Source of the DNA: an uncultured virus (IMG/VR IMGVR_UViG_3300018413_000001)
Lineage: Duplodnaviria > Heunggongvirae > Uroviricota > Caudoviricetes
Virus record (IMG/VR): IMGVR_UViG_3300018413_000001
Reading direction: 5' to 3' (one strand)
DNA: 64,000 nt
Shown here: positions 44,804 to 54,368 of the stretch, piece by piece
Numbering within the stretch: position 1 is the first letter of the stretch
Layout: every line of letters begins with the position of its first letter
The notes under the pieces: model-generated
The model's input: only the letters and a program-made list of their open reading frames with translations
Databases searched by the model: none
What the model was told of the DNA's origin: nothing
Program-made: the position numbers and the translations under genes

Positions 44804-45018
44804 GCCACTTTTATACTGGTTATAAGATTCTGGTTTGTAGTGATAATATATCAGGTTTTACGGGGGAGGGCTGGATTCTCGTTTTACGGCCCCACACGCC
44901 AGCACATTGGAGAAATCACGGGCGGAGAGCTGGAACGTTTGGAAGGGCGAATCTTGAGCAGTGGTGGCCGGGTCAAAGGAAAGCCGGTTGAACCGGATCA
45001 ACGGGAGGCTGGTTGAAC

Positions 45019-45154
45019 CGTTTTACGGCATGCCCTGGATTCTCGTTTTACGGCATGCCCTGGATTCTCGTTTTACGGCAAGCCCTGGATTCTCGTTTTA
45101 CGGCAAGCCCTGGATTCTCGTTTTACGGCAAGCCCTGGATTCTCGTTTTACGGC
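45019..45154. repeat. 25-bp tandem repeat, about 5.4 copies
   Basis: Unit CGTTTTACGGCA[T/A]GCCCTGGATTCT starting at 45019, 45044, 45069, 45094, 45119, partial at 45144; detached partial copy at 44871-44890. Confidence 0.95.
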
Positions 45155-45184
45155 TATAGTTGACAAATGTGATAGACTATCAGC

Positions 45185-45757
45185 ATGCTCACGAAAGAAC
45201 GCTCTCGTATTGACAACCTCACATCCTCCCTTAGCCCGGAATCATGGGCCGCATTGAAGCTGGCTAGCATAGGCGGGACTTCCGACAGGGACTTGTCAGA
45301 GGTCTATGAAGTGACTGAAGATGCAATCCGAAAGAAGAGAAGCCGTGACAAGGTATGGGCCGTGTCGGTCGGATTGAGAAATCAGGCATTAGGTAAGGTT
45401 GGCTTAAAGTCAAAACACCTCAAAGAGCTGATCCCCGACACACAACGACACAAAGAGGCCGAGAATGCCGCTCTAGGGGCAATTGCAGCCACCTTCGCAG
45501 ACGAATCTCAGGCAGCCCGCCTCCTTGCGCTACAGATTGGCACCAAGGGCCTCAAATCGAGTCTGGATAGTGAAGGTGGCCTAAAGCCCCATCTCGCGCC
45601 TATGGAGCCCGCACACGTCAAAGTCTACGCGGAGATCGCGGCCAAAGCAGGCCAGTGGGGCGGAGACAACCAGGTCACAATCAACTGTCAGGCCTACGCA
45701 GGGTCGGTGATTGCGCCTCTCAGTAATGAGAGTGAAGACAATATAGTGGATATTTGA
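45185..45757 (+). CDS. Putative terminase small subunit
   Basis: N-terminal HTH (TSDRDLSEVYEVTEDAIRKKRSRDKVW), helical middle, C-terminal QVTIN strand; terS-like size. Confidence 0.5.
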   Translation: MLTKERSRIDNLTSSLSPESWAALKLASIGGTSDRDLSEVYEVTEDAIRKKRSRDKVWAVSVGLRNQALGKVGLKSKHLKELIPDTQRHKEAENAALGAIAATFADESQAARLLALQIGTKGLKSSLDSEGGLKPHLAPMEPAHVKVYAEIAAKAGQWGGDNQVTINCQAYAGSVIAPLSNESEDNIVDI

Positions 45758-46059
45758 TCCGGTAAAAAGTTAGATCATTGATAATGAATGAGTTAATCCT
45801 CATGATTACGGTTGTAGTATGTATGTAATACTACATTAATGGAAGTTAGTATTCTGAATCCAATCGTTAGAACGAGTAGAGCCTAAGCATGGGAAGCCGG
45901 GCTGCATGTGGCTACCGATCTACGGCAGGGGGTGCTGCTTTTCTGCGCAGGCTGAAGGACCACGGGGGGCATGGGGTCACCCTCGGAACCACGAGCGAAG
46001 TCCACGTCCCCCTGACCAGAATTTTTTCTCCCAAACCAGAGAACTATTATATCATTATC

Positions 46060-46088
46060 TTGACACTACGGTATTAACGTGTTAAGTA
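46060..46088 (+). promoter_or_regulatory. Sigma70-like promoter upstream of HNH gene
   Basis: TTGACA-17 nt-TAAGTA. Similar TTGACA boxes precede 47521, 48278 and 50277. Confidence 0.45.
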
Positions 46089-46097
46089 TCTCACACC

Positions 46098-46883
46098 ATG
46101 GCGCATCCACGATTCAACGACCTCACCGGAAGACGGTTCAACCGCTGGCTCGTGATTGAGCAGGCACCGCCCGAGTTCACGGGAAAACCACCCCACCAGA
46201 AAAAGGTCGTGGGGCAGTCCCGGTGGAAGTGCAAATGCGACTGCGGCACCATCAAGGAAAGAGTTCTCTACGGCAGCCTCGTGAGAGGACACTCCCAGTC
46301 TTGTGGGTGCTTGCACTGGGAGCAGATGAGGAAGCCGGATGAAGACAAGAAGACGCTCCACCCATTGCACAAGACGTGGGTGAGCATGAAGACCCGGTGC
46401 TATAACTTGAACCATCCGTCATCGAAGCACTACGGGCAGAGGGGCATCATGGTGTGTGCTCGGTGGCTGGATAGTTTTGAAACCTTTGTCGAGGACATGG
46501 GGCCAAGGCCCACACCAGACCACACACTTGAACGCAAGGACAACAACGGGCACTACACACCCGGCAATTGCACATGGGCCACACGGGACGCGCAAAACTC
46601 GAACAAACGGTCAAACGTCAAGCACCTGTGGAAGGGGGAAGTTCGCACGCTCACCCAGGTTGCCCGCATGGAAAACGTGGATTACACCGATCTGTACATG
46701 CGGACAAAGGGTGATCCGTCATCATTGGAGCTGGTTGTCAAAACACTCCAACAACAGGGCAGAACTTTCTTTGAGCGTGCCAAGGGCATGGGTGCCACAA
46801 GCAAGAACAAGACCAGCCAGAAGCGCACCCGCCGCATGATTGAAGGCAGGTTTGTCATCGACCCGCTGGCCGACGTGTGGTGA
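46098..46883 (+). CDS. HNH endonuclease
   Basis: DLTGRRF...WKCKCDCG...SCGC N-domain; MKTRC...YGQRGI..C..W; TLERKDNNGHYTPGNCTWAT...Q..NKR HNH core. Confidence 0.85.
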   Translation: MAHPRFNDLTGRRFNRWLVIEQAPPEFTGKPPHQKKVVGQSRWKCKCDCGTIKERVLYGSLVRGHSQSCGCLHWEQMRKPDEDKKTLHPLHKTWVSMKTRCYNLNHPSSKHYGQRGIMVCARWLDSFETFVEDMGPRPTPDHTLERKDNNGHYTPGNCTWATRDAQNSNKRSNVKHLWKGEVRTLTQVARMENVDYTDLYMRTKGDPSSLELVVKTLQQQGRTFFERAKGMGATSKNKTSQKRTRRMIEGRFVIDPLADVW

Positions 46884-46931
46884 TCCACACATCCGCTCAA
46901 TTTTTACCCACACACACACACACGCATTGTC

Positions 46932-47456
46932 ATGGCCACCCCAATTAAAGACCTCACCGGAAAAACATTTAACCGCTGGTTTGTGATCGAACAGGCACCC
47001 AGCGACCCTGCACGTTCACAAACCCTGTGGCGCTGCCGGTGCTCATGTGGCGTGGTCAAGGAAGCCGTTGCATATTGCAGCCTGACATCAGGCAGATCCG
47101 GCTCATGTGGGTGTGTCAAACGCGAGCAGGGTGAAAGGCGCAGGGCCATGAAGGAATCTGCCAATCACCACAACAAGCACATGTGGTGGGGCAAACTGAT
47201 GAAGCTCACGGAGATTGCCCGTCAGGAGAATGTGGATGCCATGGAGCTTCGGCGCAGGTATCTCTGCCAAGGCATTGCTCTTGATTGTGCTGTGATGGCG
47301 CTTAAGCACGAAGGCCGTGTATTCCACGAACGAGCAGCCAGCTATGGGGCAACAGGCGAGACAAGAACCGGGAAGAAACGCACGAGACATGTTGCCAATG
47401 GGAAACTGCTGCACCCCGTATGTGAACCGCCCGACCCCCTTGCCGGCATCTGGTAA
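46932..47456 (+). CDS. Paralog of the HNH gene lacking the nuclease core
   Basis: DLTGKTFNRWFVIEQAP...WRCRCSCG...SCGC joined directly to KHMWWG...LTEIARQENVD...FHERA, matching both ends of 46098-46883. Confidence 0.8.
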   Translation: MATPIKDLTGKTFNRWFVIEQAPSDPARSQTLWRCRCSCGVVKEAVAYCSLTSGRSGSCGCVKREQGERRRAMKESANHHNKHMWWGKLMKLTEIARQENVDAMELRRRYLCQGIALDCAVMALKHEGRVFHERAASYGATGETRTGKKRTRHVANGKLLHPVCEPPDPLAGIW

Positions 47457-47520
47457 GACACATCACACTTTTTGTAACATCATCGTTGACATAACAGCAC
47501 CAGCATTGTAAAACACACCC

Positions 47521-47739
47521 ATGGACACACCAACAACACTGCCAACATCAGAGTTCACCCCCAGGTTCAAACGCGGCGACATCGTGCGCCTCAACAGCGG
47601 AGGGCCGCAGATGACGGTGGAGGACCCAGCCGGAGAAGAGGACGAAATGGCGGAGTGCACGTGGTTCACCGACGACGGCAGCACCGGGCCATTGTCGCAT
47701 TGCTTCTTCGAGGAATGTCTCACTCTTGTCACACCATGA
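47521..47739 (+). CDS. YodC/DUF2158-like protein
   Basis: FKRGDIVRLNSGGPQMTV...CTWF. Confidence 0.75.
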   Translation: MDTPTTLPTSEFTPRFKRGDIVRLNSGGPQMTVEDPAGEEDEMAECTWFTDDGSTGPLSHCFFEECLTLVTP

Positions 47740-49235
47740 CCATCATTGTCACACTCTCGCTCATCTCATGGGCTGTTGTCATCACAGTTCTCACAATTGG
47801 TGTCAGCCAGAAAAATGAAGACTGCGCCATGGCTGGAGCAGTTCTTTTAATTGGGCTGGTTATCGTCCACTTCTCTTTTAGCGTCGGGGCGTTTTGGCAG
47901 CATAATGACACATTGGAGAAGTACAATCTTGTCAAGAAAACCCACCCGGCCACGCCACAATGACCACAGACCCCCACGCCCCGGCGTTCCCTTCGTCCGC
48001 AACCACGGAGACATCACGCAGCAGCCTCGGCCTCTCTGTCCGGGAATACATCGCCACACGGGCCATGGAGAGGCTGCTGGCTGACACGGCGGTGGACTGG
48101 AAGCCGTCGTCACTGGCGAAATACTCCGTCAGCATTGCAGACGCGCTGATCGCGGAGCTGAACAAGCCTGTGGATGACAACACGTCATAATCACACTTTC
48201 TGTGTTGACAATACCGCAGCGCGTGGCACCATGCCGCACCACGTCAGTTTGAAGAAACATAAAACGAAACAGAAACCATGACACCATCAGCAGCCATCAT
48301 TGTCTTTGTTGCGGTCTTCACGATTGCACTGGCCATCTGCATCTATACAGACCCACTCCCATGACCACACTTCTCTCCACCATCGACAAGCTCTGCGCCT
48401 CGTTGCAGCAGGGTGACGTGGCTGTCGTCCTCACCCGCCCCGACCTTGCCACACTGACCAGCTTGGTCGAGAAGTCGTGGAGCACCAACGACGAGTTCAA
48501 GATCTTGGGGAACCTGAAGAAACTGATGGAGGCGAAGAACCCACTATGAGCACCCAACAAGAACAGACCGCAGCAGATCCAACCCCAGCGGGCAAGATGA
48601 GCGACAAGGAGCTGGCTGAAAGCTACCAAAATACTACAGCAGCATCTCATGTAGGCCATTCAGTTTATAAATGGGACGAGCTTTCACAGGATCATCAAGA
48701 GGCTCGCATTCAAGGAATCCGCGCCGTGCGTGAGCAGGTGGGGGAGGAGCAAGCCGAGGAAATCGCCCGACTCACTGCGGAGCTTGAGGAGAAGAACAGA
48801 CGATTCTCCACCTTGCAAGAAACCATGGTTTCTTATCGCGATGAAAGCCGCTCTCTCGCCGCCCAGCTCGCCGCCGTGACAGCCGAGCTTGAGCGGATGC
48901 AATGGAGGCCGGTTAGCGTGAAGCCGACGAGGGGGGATGCAGACGAAGGAGGATTTGTAACCGTTCTTCGTGCTGACAAGTTGACTGCCATTGTTCAATG
49001 GGATGCTAACGGTTTTAATCCTGACTTCGATTGGAGGCAAATAAGCCAAGCGTTGCGTTACACAAAATGGCGTGCCGCCGCTTTACCACCATCACCCTCC
49101 GCTGAAGAGGTCGAGAGGGAGAGGTTTGAGAAGTGGTACCAAGACTACAAAGCGATTAAGTCGCCCAAAGGTCTAGCATTTGACGCATGGCAAGCCCGCG
49201 CATCGAAGGAAACAACCCCGCCTACCACCAAATGA
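47736..49235 (+). CDS. Small hypothetical genes (47736-47963 membrane protein, 47960-48190, 48278-48364, 48361-48549, 48546-49235 coiled coil)
   Basis: Coupled ORFs; 47960-48190 has the common phage PAFP...GLSVREYIA...ADALIAEL pattern. Confidence 0.6.
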
Positions 49236-49732
49236 AAATCCTCTGTCTCCTCGCCAACACGTGGCATCCCGACCCCACGGCCCTCCACCAGCTCCTCTCA
49301 CGTCAGCCCGACAGACGGCACGAGGCCATCGCCCGGCACCTGTTCTACACCAAGAACCTCACCGGCTCACGCCTTCTGACCGTGTTCGGCCAGCACTTTA
49401 AAGCACACCACACCATCTTCGAGCACGCCTCGACGACCAGCCCGGCCATCGGTGACAGCGGAGGCCGTCCGGCCTACAACGTGGAGCATGTGCGCCAGGT
49501 CATCAACCGTCACCGGCCCGACGTGATCCTCGCCGTGGGCGTCGGCCCGCAGGATGCCATCAAGGACATGCGGGCAGCCAAGAAGGCATCCTCCCCGCTG
49601 CCGCCTGTCATCGACTGCATTCAGCCATCGACCACCCGGCCAGGATGGTTGAAGCGGATGACGGCTGCACGGGACGAGCTTGACATGGTGCTGGTGGGCA
49701 GACGGTTCGCAGAAATGGGGGTGGGGTTGTGA
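49232..49732 (+). CDS. Hypothetical protein, weak resemblance to uracil-DNA glycosylase-like fold
   Basis: TGSRL...INRHRPDVILAVG...IQPS pattern. Confidence 0.35.
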   Translation: MKILCLLANTWHPDPTALHQLLSRQPDRRHEAIARHLFYTKNLTGSRLLTVFGQHFKAHHTIFEHASTTSPAIGDSGGRPAYNVEHVRQVINRHRPDVILAVGVGPQDAIKDMRAAKKASSPLPPVIDCIQPSTTRPGWLKRMTAARDELDMVLVGRRFAEMGVGL

Positions 49733-50465
49733 GTGCGGAAACACCAGAATTCATATATGTTCTGTCCCACGGCGAAGGACGGTATGAAGATTATTGTGAA
49801 CATGTGATTGCAGCTTCATTTAGGGAGGATGCTTTTACCCAGAAAATTGCTGATCACGATGCCGCCCAAGAAGGTCCACATTGGGAATGGGATTCTCACA
49901 TGTTTGTCACCAAAACCCAGATTGAGCAATGACCTCTTCTTTCACACCACCCACAGACCCTCTCACCGCCATCGGGCCAGCCCTGTTCGCCACAGCCGTC
50001 ATCTTTGTGATCTATGGAGCCCGGCAGCTCCACATCGGTCTCACCCAGACCCACGAGCAGCAGGTTCGCACGGAGGCCCAGCGGCTGATGCTGCGCTTCT
50101 GCAAGAACCCGACACAGAAGCGGTTCGAGGCGGCGTGGCGTTACATCGAGGAGAATGATGTCTGGGTCTCCGAGCTTGACCAGCCGCTGGTGCAGCGGTT
50201 CAACAACATGGTCGGCAGTGTGAACATCAAGTAAGCAGACAGTTGACAATATGTCAGCATAACATTAAGACATATTATGAACAACCCATCACCTGACGAC
50301 GACAAGACACCGGGCCGGGACGCGCTGGCCCTGGCGTTCTACGACCCCGCGTGGCATGAGATGTCACCGGAGGCCATGCACCGGATGCCCGACGAGTGGC
50401 AGGGCCGCATGGCCGCGCTGATCAACGAGTTCGCGCTCCACAACCAGGAAGAATCCCAACAATGA
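49729..50465 (+). CDS. Small hypothetical genes (49729-49932, 49929-50234, 50277-50465)
   Basis: Coupled ORFs; 49929-50234 has an N-terminal hydrophobic helix. Confidence 0.55.
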
Positions 50466-50734
50466 AACAACGCAACCCAGTCCTCGACAAACAACCCGAG
50501 ATGGTTCGGGAATACAACGTTCTGCTCAGCAGATCCGGTCTCTCGTACAAAGAACTCACAGATGCCCTTGGTGTGAGGTATGAATGCCTCCATAACAGAA
50601 AACGTGGCAAGCAAACCATCACCACGGAAGCTCTGCTGGCCCTGCGCATGGTGGTGCTGGGCCGTGAGGCCGACCAGCTCGTGGCCAGGGCAAAGGCGCA
50701 GACCGGCGTTGATCCGTTGGAGGGGGTTTACTGA
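50462..50734 (+). CDS. XRE-like HTH protein ending in DPLEGVY
   Basis: SGLSYKELTDALGVRYECLHNRKRG...ITTEALLAL. Confidence 0.7.
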   Translation: MKQRNPVLDKQPEMVREYNVLLSRSGLSYKELTDALGVRYECLHNRKRGKQTITTEALLALRMVVLGREADQLVARAKAQTGVDPLEGVY

Positions 50735-51268
50735 TTGAAGTCACAGCCCAATAGCAATTACATTAGCAACGATGTGGTGATGACTCCGCTGCACCTTGCC
50801 AAGCGGATTGTTGAGCATTTCAAGCCTTGCGGTAATGTGCTTGAACCGTGTGCAGGTGAAGGCAGTTTCATGAATGCTTTGCAAAAATATTCAGAAAACT
50901 ACCAGCCCATTGGCATTGACTGGTGCGAGGTATCCAAAGGCCGGGACTTTTTCAACTGGGGGGCCAAAGCCAACTGGATCATCACCAACCCGCCATGGAG
51001 TCAGATCCGGCAGTTCCTTCAGCACAGCATGGTATTGGCTGATGAGATTGTGTTCCTGATGACAGTGAACCACTGCTGGACAAAGGCCCGTGTGCGCGAT
51101 GTAAAGCAGCACGGGTTCGGCATCAAAGAGATTTGCCTTGTGGAGTTTCCACCGGAGTTCCCGTCATCTGGGTTCCAGCTTGGGGCCATCCACTTTTCCC
51201 GAGACTGGAAAGGTGACATCAAGTTTTCAGACATCTCACAACAAGACCCACTCGAAGGAGTTTGGTAA
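50735..51268 (+). CDS. Small DNA adenine methyltransferase
   Basis: VMTP, LEPCAGEGSF SAM motif, DFF, IITNPPWS catalytic motif. Confidence 0.8.
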   Translation: MKSQPNSNYISNDVVMTPLHLAKRIVEHFKPCGNVLEPCAGEGSFMNALQKYSENYQPIGIDWCEVSKGRDFFNWGAKANWIITNPPWSQIRQFLQHSMVLADEIVFLMTVNHCWTKARVRDVKQHGFGIKEICLVEFPPEFPSSGFQLGAIHFSRDWKGDIKFSDISQQDPLEGVW

Positions 51269-51340
51269 TCAGTCAAGGTGACTTTTTAACATACCCGTCT
51301 CCGCCCTTTACCTGCCCCGGCACTCGGGCACAATCACTGA

Positions 51341-52021
51341 ATGGATCTGTGGTTGACCCTTCACGACGGACGCACGGCACCCCTGACTGGGGTGACTGCA
51401 ATCTCGTCAATTGATACAGTGGGCACGTCCACCCTGTTCACCGGAGCATCCATATCCAGCGGCAGCCCGAACGTGACGGTTTCAAGCACCTCCGGCATCC
51501 GCCCCGGCTCCATGGTGTTTGGTGCAGGAGTCCCCACAGGCGCGACGGTTCTTTCCATCACATCGGGCACCGTTTTTGTGATGTCGGCCAACGCAACAGC
51601 CTCCATCGGTTCTTTGACCGTCACCGTCACAGCCATCAGTGATGCAGACCTCAAGCTGTTGACAGTCAACTCGGGCTGGTACCGGGACATCTTCTCGGCA
51701 GACACCAACCTGGCATATTCAAGTGGCTCACCGCTGAATGGGACCACACTTCAGGTGCCCACAGTTTCAGGCATCACATTCACCAATCCGGTTGTGACAC
51801 CCCCATCATATTCCACCGGGGCCATCCCAGGCAGTGTCATTGGCACTCTTTCCAGCACCACGTCTGACGAATTGGCCCATGCCGCGCTCCGGCAGGCCAC
51901 ATGGTATGAGGCTCTGTGGGCTTTCACCTGCACGACGGATGCCGTCGTTGGACCAACCCTGACGCTCTATTACCGGAAGTATGATGTCGTCGGGTTCTGC
52001 AACATGGCACCGTCCCTTTGA
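51341..52021 (+). CDS. Ser/Thr/Gly-rich virion (tail/fibre) protein
   Basis: Beta module SGSPNVTVSSTSGIRPGSMVFGAGVPTGATVLSI typical of phage fibres. Confidence 0.55.
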   Translation: MDLWLTLHDGRTAPLTGVTAISSIDTVGTSTLFTGASISSGSPNVTVSSTSGIRPGSMVFGAGVPTGATVLSITSGTVFVMSANATASIGSLTVTVTAISDADLKLLTVNSGWYRDIFSADTNLAYSSGSPLNGTTLQVPTVSGITFTNPVVTPPSYSTGAIPGSVIGTLSSTTSDELAHAALRQATWYEALWAFTCTTDAVVGPTLTLYYRKYDVVGFCNMAPSL

Positions 52022-52025
52022 TGCC

Positions 52026-52826
52026 ATGCCCGTTGAACTCAATTTCCTAGTCGAGACGACGCCGAACCCGGCAGAGGTGAGCTTCAAGGTCAAGGTGGAC
52101 GGCAACCAGCTCAACCCTGACTCAATGCCCACCATCGGGCTGCCATACAACAGGATCAGCAGTTCCATCACCAACCCACGTGTCAACGAGTGCGGGTTTG
52201 GCAGCTATGTTTACATCAGTGCCACGCAGGAAGGTGGGGACATCTGGCTGCACTTTGGCAAGGACAAAACCGCCCAGGAAAAGAACACCCCGTTCCGCAC
52301 CAGCTACTCGACCCGGTACTATCCGTGGCCCCCGGTGCTCGAAACACTCAAGATTGTCAGCACCACGACGTTCCCGCAGGCGGTCAACACGGGCACAGAA
52401 GTGGTGACCGCCCCCCGGTATTTTCCACGATACAAGTTCCGCCCCACCCCGAGCGTGAACAGTGTGATCAAGATTGAGCAGTTCCTTGCGCCCACTCCTT
52501 TTGACGGTCAGGCGTTGATTCACCCCCAGCCAATCCCCACGGAGATCAGCGGGCACTATCTGGGCATGACCATCAGCTTCCCGCGCTGCCTGCACCCGCT
52601 GGTGGTGCTCGATGAGAATGTGCCAGGGGCCAACGTGGTCGAAGGCCAGGGCACCATCAATGTGCCAACCACTGGCAACATATCCCGGCAGGTCTTCCCG
52701 GCCACCAACTTCCTTGACTGGTCCCCGTTCATCCTTGAGGATCAGTGCCAGCCCGTGGGGGGCTTGTATCTGCGTGAGCGCATCACCATCTACCCTCCGT
52801 TCAGGCCAGCAAAAATCCAGAACTGA
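52026..52826 (+). CDS. Putative tail structural protein
   Basis: Pro/Thr-rich beta protein in the late operon. Confidence 0.5.
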   Translation: MPVELNFLVETTPNPAEVSFKVKVDGNQLNPDSMPTIGLPYNRISSSITNPRVNECGFGSYVYISATQEGGDIWLHFGKDKTAQEKNTPFRTSYSTRYYPWPPVLETLKIVSTTTFPQAVNTGTEVVTAPRYFPRYKFRPTPSVNSVIKIEQFLAPTPFDGQALIHPQPIPTEISGHYLGMTISFPRCLHPLVVLDENVPGANVVEGQGTINVPTTGNISRQVFPATNFLDWSPFILEDQCQPVGGLYLRERITIYPPFRPAKIQN

Positions 52827-52829
52827 GCC

Positions 52830-53006
52830 ATGCCCATCACCACACAAGCAGGGTCTTTTCAAGGGGACACCCCCTTTTTCAACCAGCCGTGGCTGTGGGG
52901 TCAGGACAATGTTCAGACCTACCGTGATCCGAACACGGGAAGCACCATGATTGCGGAGCAGAGCAGCCCGGTGGTAAAGTTTGACAACTTTTCGTACGTG
53001 CTGTAG
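52830..53006 (+). CDS. 58-aa hypothetical protein
   Basis: MPITTQAG...FSYVL*, fills the gap between flanking genes. Confidence 0.55.
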   Translation: MPITTQAGSFQGDTPFFNQPWLWGQDNVQTYRDPNTGSTMIAEQSSPVVKFDNFSYVL

Positions 53007-53019
53007 CGTCAACTATATT

Positions 53020-53754
53020 ATGAAGTTGCCGCCGATGATCGGGGTCACTGTGGTGACACCAGCATACAAGCATTTGGAGAAAGAAGCCGTGGCCCGGTTC
53101 AAGAAGCACACGGGGCTGCCGGTGAAGGTCATCCGGTGCAAGGATGAGGACGGGTTCAAGGCCAAACTGGAGCTGGACCGTCATTGCCCACGGACCCGCA
53201 TTGTGTTCTTTGATGTGGACCTGTGGCTGCTGCGCCCCGTGGACCCCTTGCGGAACTGGAGCCCGTACACGTGGATGGCGGTCAACGACAGGGCCGTGTT
53301 CAACATGCACGCGTTTCCACACACTGACTGTGGCAGGCACCAGATGCAAAAGTTGAGGTATTTCAACAGCGGGCTGATCGGGCTCAACCTTGCCTTCCCA
53401 CCGCACCGTGAAGTGTTCAAGGAGGCCCGCAGGCTGCGACAGATGGTGCTGCGCAAGAAACTCCCGGTACCCGTGGATGAGACCGACCAGTTTTACCTCA
53501 ACAAGGCGGTGCAGAATCTGAACATCGGCCAGGCGATGATGCCTGAGAAGTTCAACTTCTACATGAAGTCCGCCGACTGGGGGCAGTCCCCATGCATCCC
53601 CCGTGAGATCGTGGGGCTGCACGCAGCCGGGGAGCCTTTGAAACGGAAACTGAGAGCCCTGAAGCAACAGGCAGCCGTGTTTGAGCGCACCACCGGCCCC
53701 ATGCTGGAGGAAGCTGCGTTCAACAACCACAACATGATCTTCGACCAGCGATGA
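53020..53754 (+). CDS. GT-A glycosyltransferase, family 8-like
   Basis: KLEL...VFFDVD, YFNSG, DQFYLN, KFN, LHAAG. Confidence 0.75.
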   Translation: MKLPPMIGVTVVTPAYKHLEKEAVARFKKHTGLPVKVIRCKDEDGFKAKLELDRHCPRTRIVFFDVDLWLLRPVDPLRNWSPYTWMAVNDRAVFNMHAFPHTDCGRHQMQKLRYFNSGLIGLNLAFPPHREVFKEARRLRQMVLRKKLPVPVDETDQFYLNKAVQNLNIGQAMMPEKFNFYMKSADWGQSPCIPREIVGLHAAGEPLKRKLRALKQQAAVFERTTGPMLEEAAFNNHNMIFDQR

Positions 53755-54368
53755 AAGCGTTCATTGTTTACACCCCGGACATCAAGGAGATGGCTGAAGA
53801 ATGCCGTGACCGGGTGCTGCGGTTTACCAACATCAAAGCGGTGGAATTGCTGGCGGCAGACACAAGGTTTGCAGCACATCGGATGAAGTTGGAGGCGTGG
53901 CAATGGTTTGGTGGCCCCACGTGGTTGGTGGATGCGGATCTGTGGTTTTTGCAGTCTTGCATCTTGCCGGTGCCGGATGGGCTTGTGATCTTTGGCAACC
54001 CGGACAACTCTCCCATCAACAAAGAGAGATATTGGGGGACGGTCGTGGAGATTGGGCATGCCATCAACACATCCTTGGTCGGCGCTGATTGTGGCAACGA
54101 GAGGATGCAAGAAGCTGTGAAAGAATCCATGTTGCTTCAGGCTGACAGGTATGGCGAAAACCCTGTGGCAGACGAGAAGTTTTTCAACGAGGCCATCAGC
54201 AAGCAGCCTCTGGTGATTGCCCGTCTCTCCACCCGCTTCAACTGGTGCGGCATCAACCCGCCAGCCCGGACTTTCGCGGTCCACGCCGCCAGCCAGTCAA
54301 ACAAGCTCCAATGGCTCAGAGAATCCGTCCAAAATCATGAACGAAACACCACCGCCCCAGACCCCTGA
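53751..54368 (+). CDS. GT-A glycosyltransferase, family 8-like (paralog)
   Basis: KLEA...LVDADLW, INTS, DEKFFN, RFNW, VHAA. Confidence 0.65.
   Translation: MKAFIVYTPDIKEMAEECRDRVLRFTNIKAVELLAADTRFAAHRMKLEAWQWFGGPTWLVDADLWFLQSCILPVPDGLVIFGNPDNSPINKERYWGTVVEIGHAINTSLVGADCGNERMQEAVKESMLLQADRYGENPVADEKFFNEAISKQPLVIARLSTRFNWCGINPPARTFAVHAASQSNKLQWLRESVQNHERNTTAPDP

Noticed and set aside
45019..45154. CRISPR array
   Set aside because: Repeats are head-to-tail with no unique spacers and there is no cas operon; the Cas4-like DUF2800 gene is a normal replication-module nuclease.
46908..46924. (CA)n run as a phase-variation switch
   Set aside because: It lies in an untranslated A/C-rich leader like many others in this genome; no frame would be affected.
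49929..49980. Internal or N-terminal DPL matches (TDPLTAI here, EDPLTGA in 54964-56433, MDPLEP at 39433)
   Set aside because: Not C-terminal and lacking the terminal aromatic residue, so not counted as tags.
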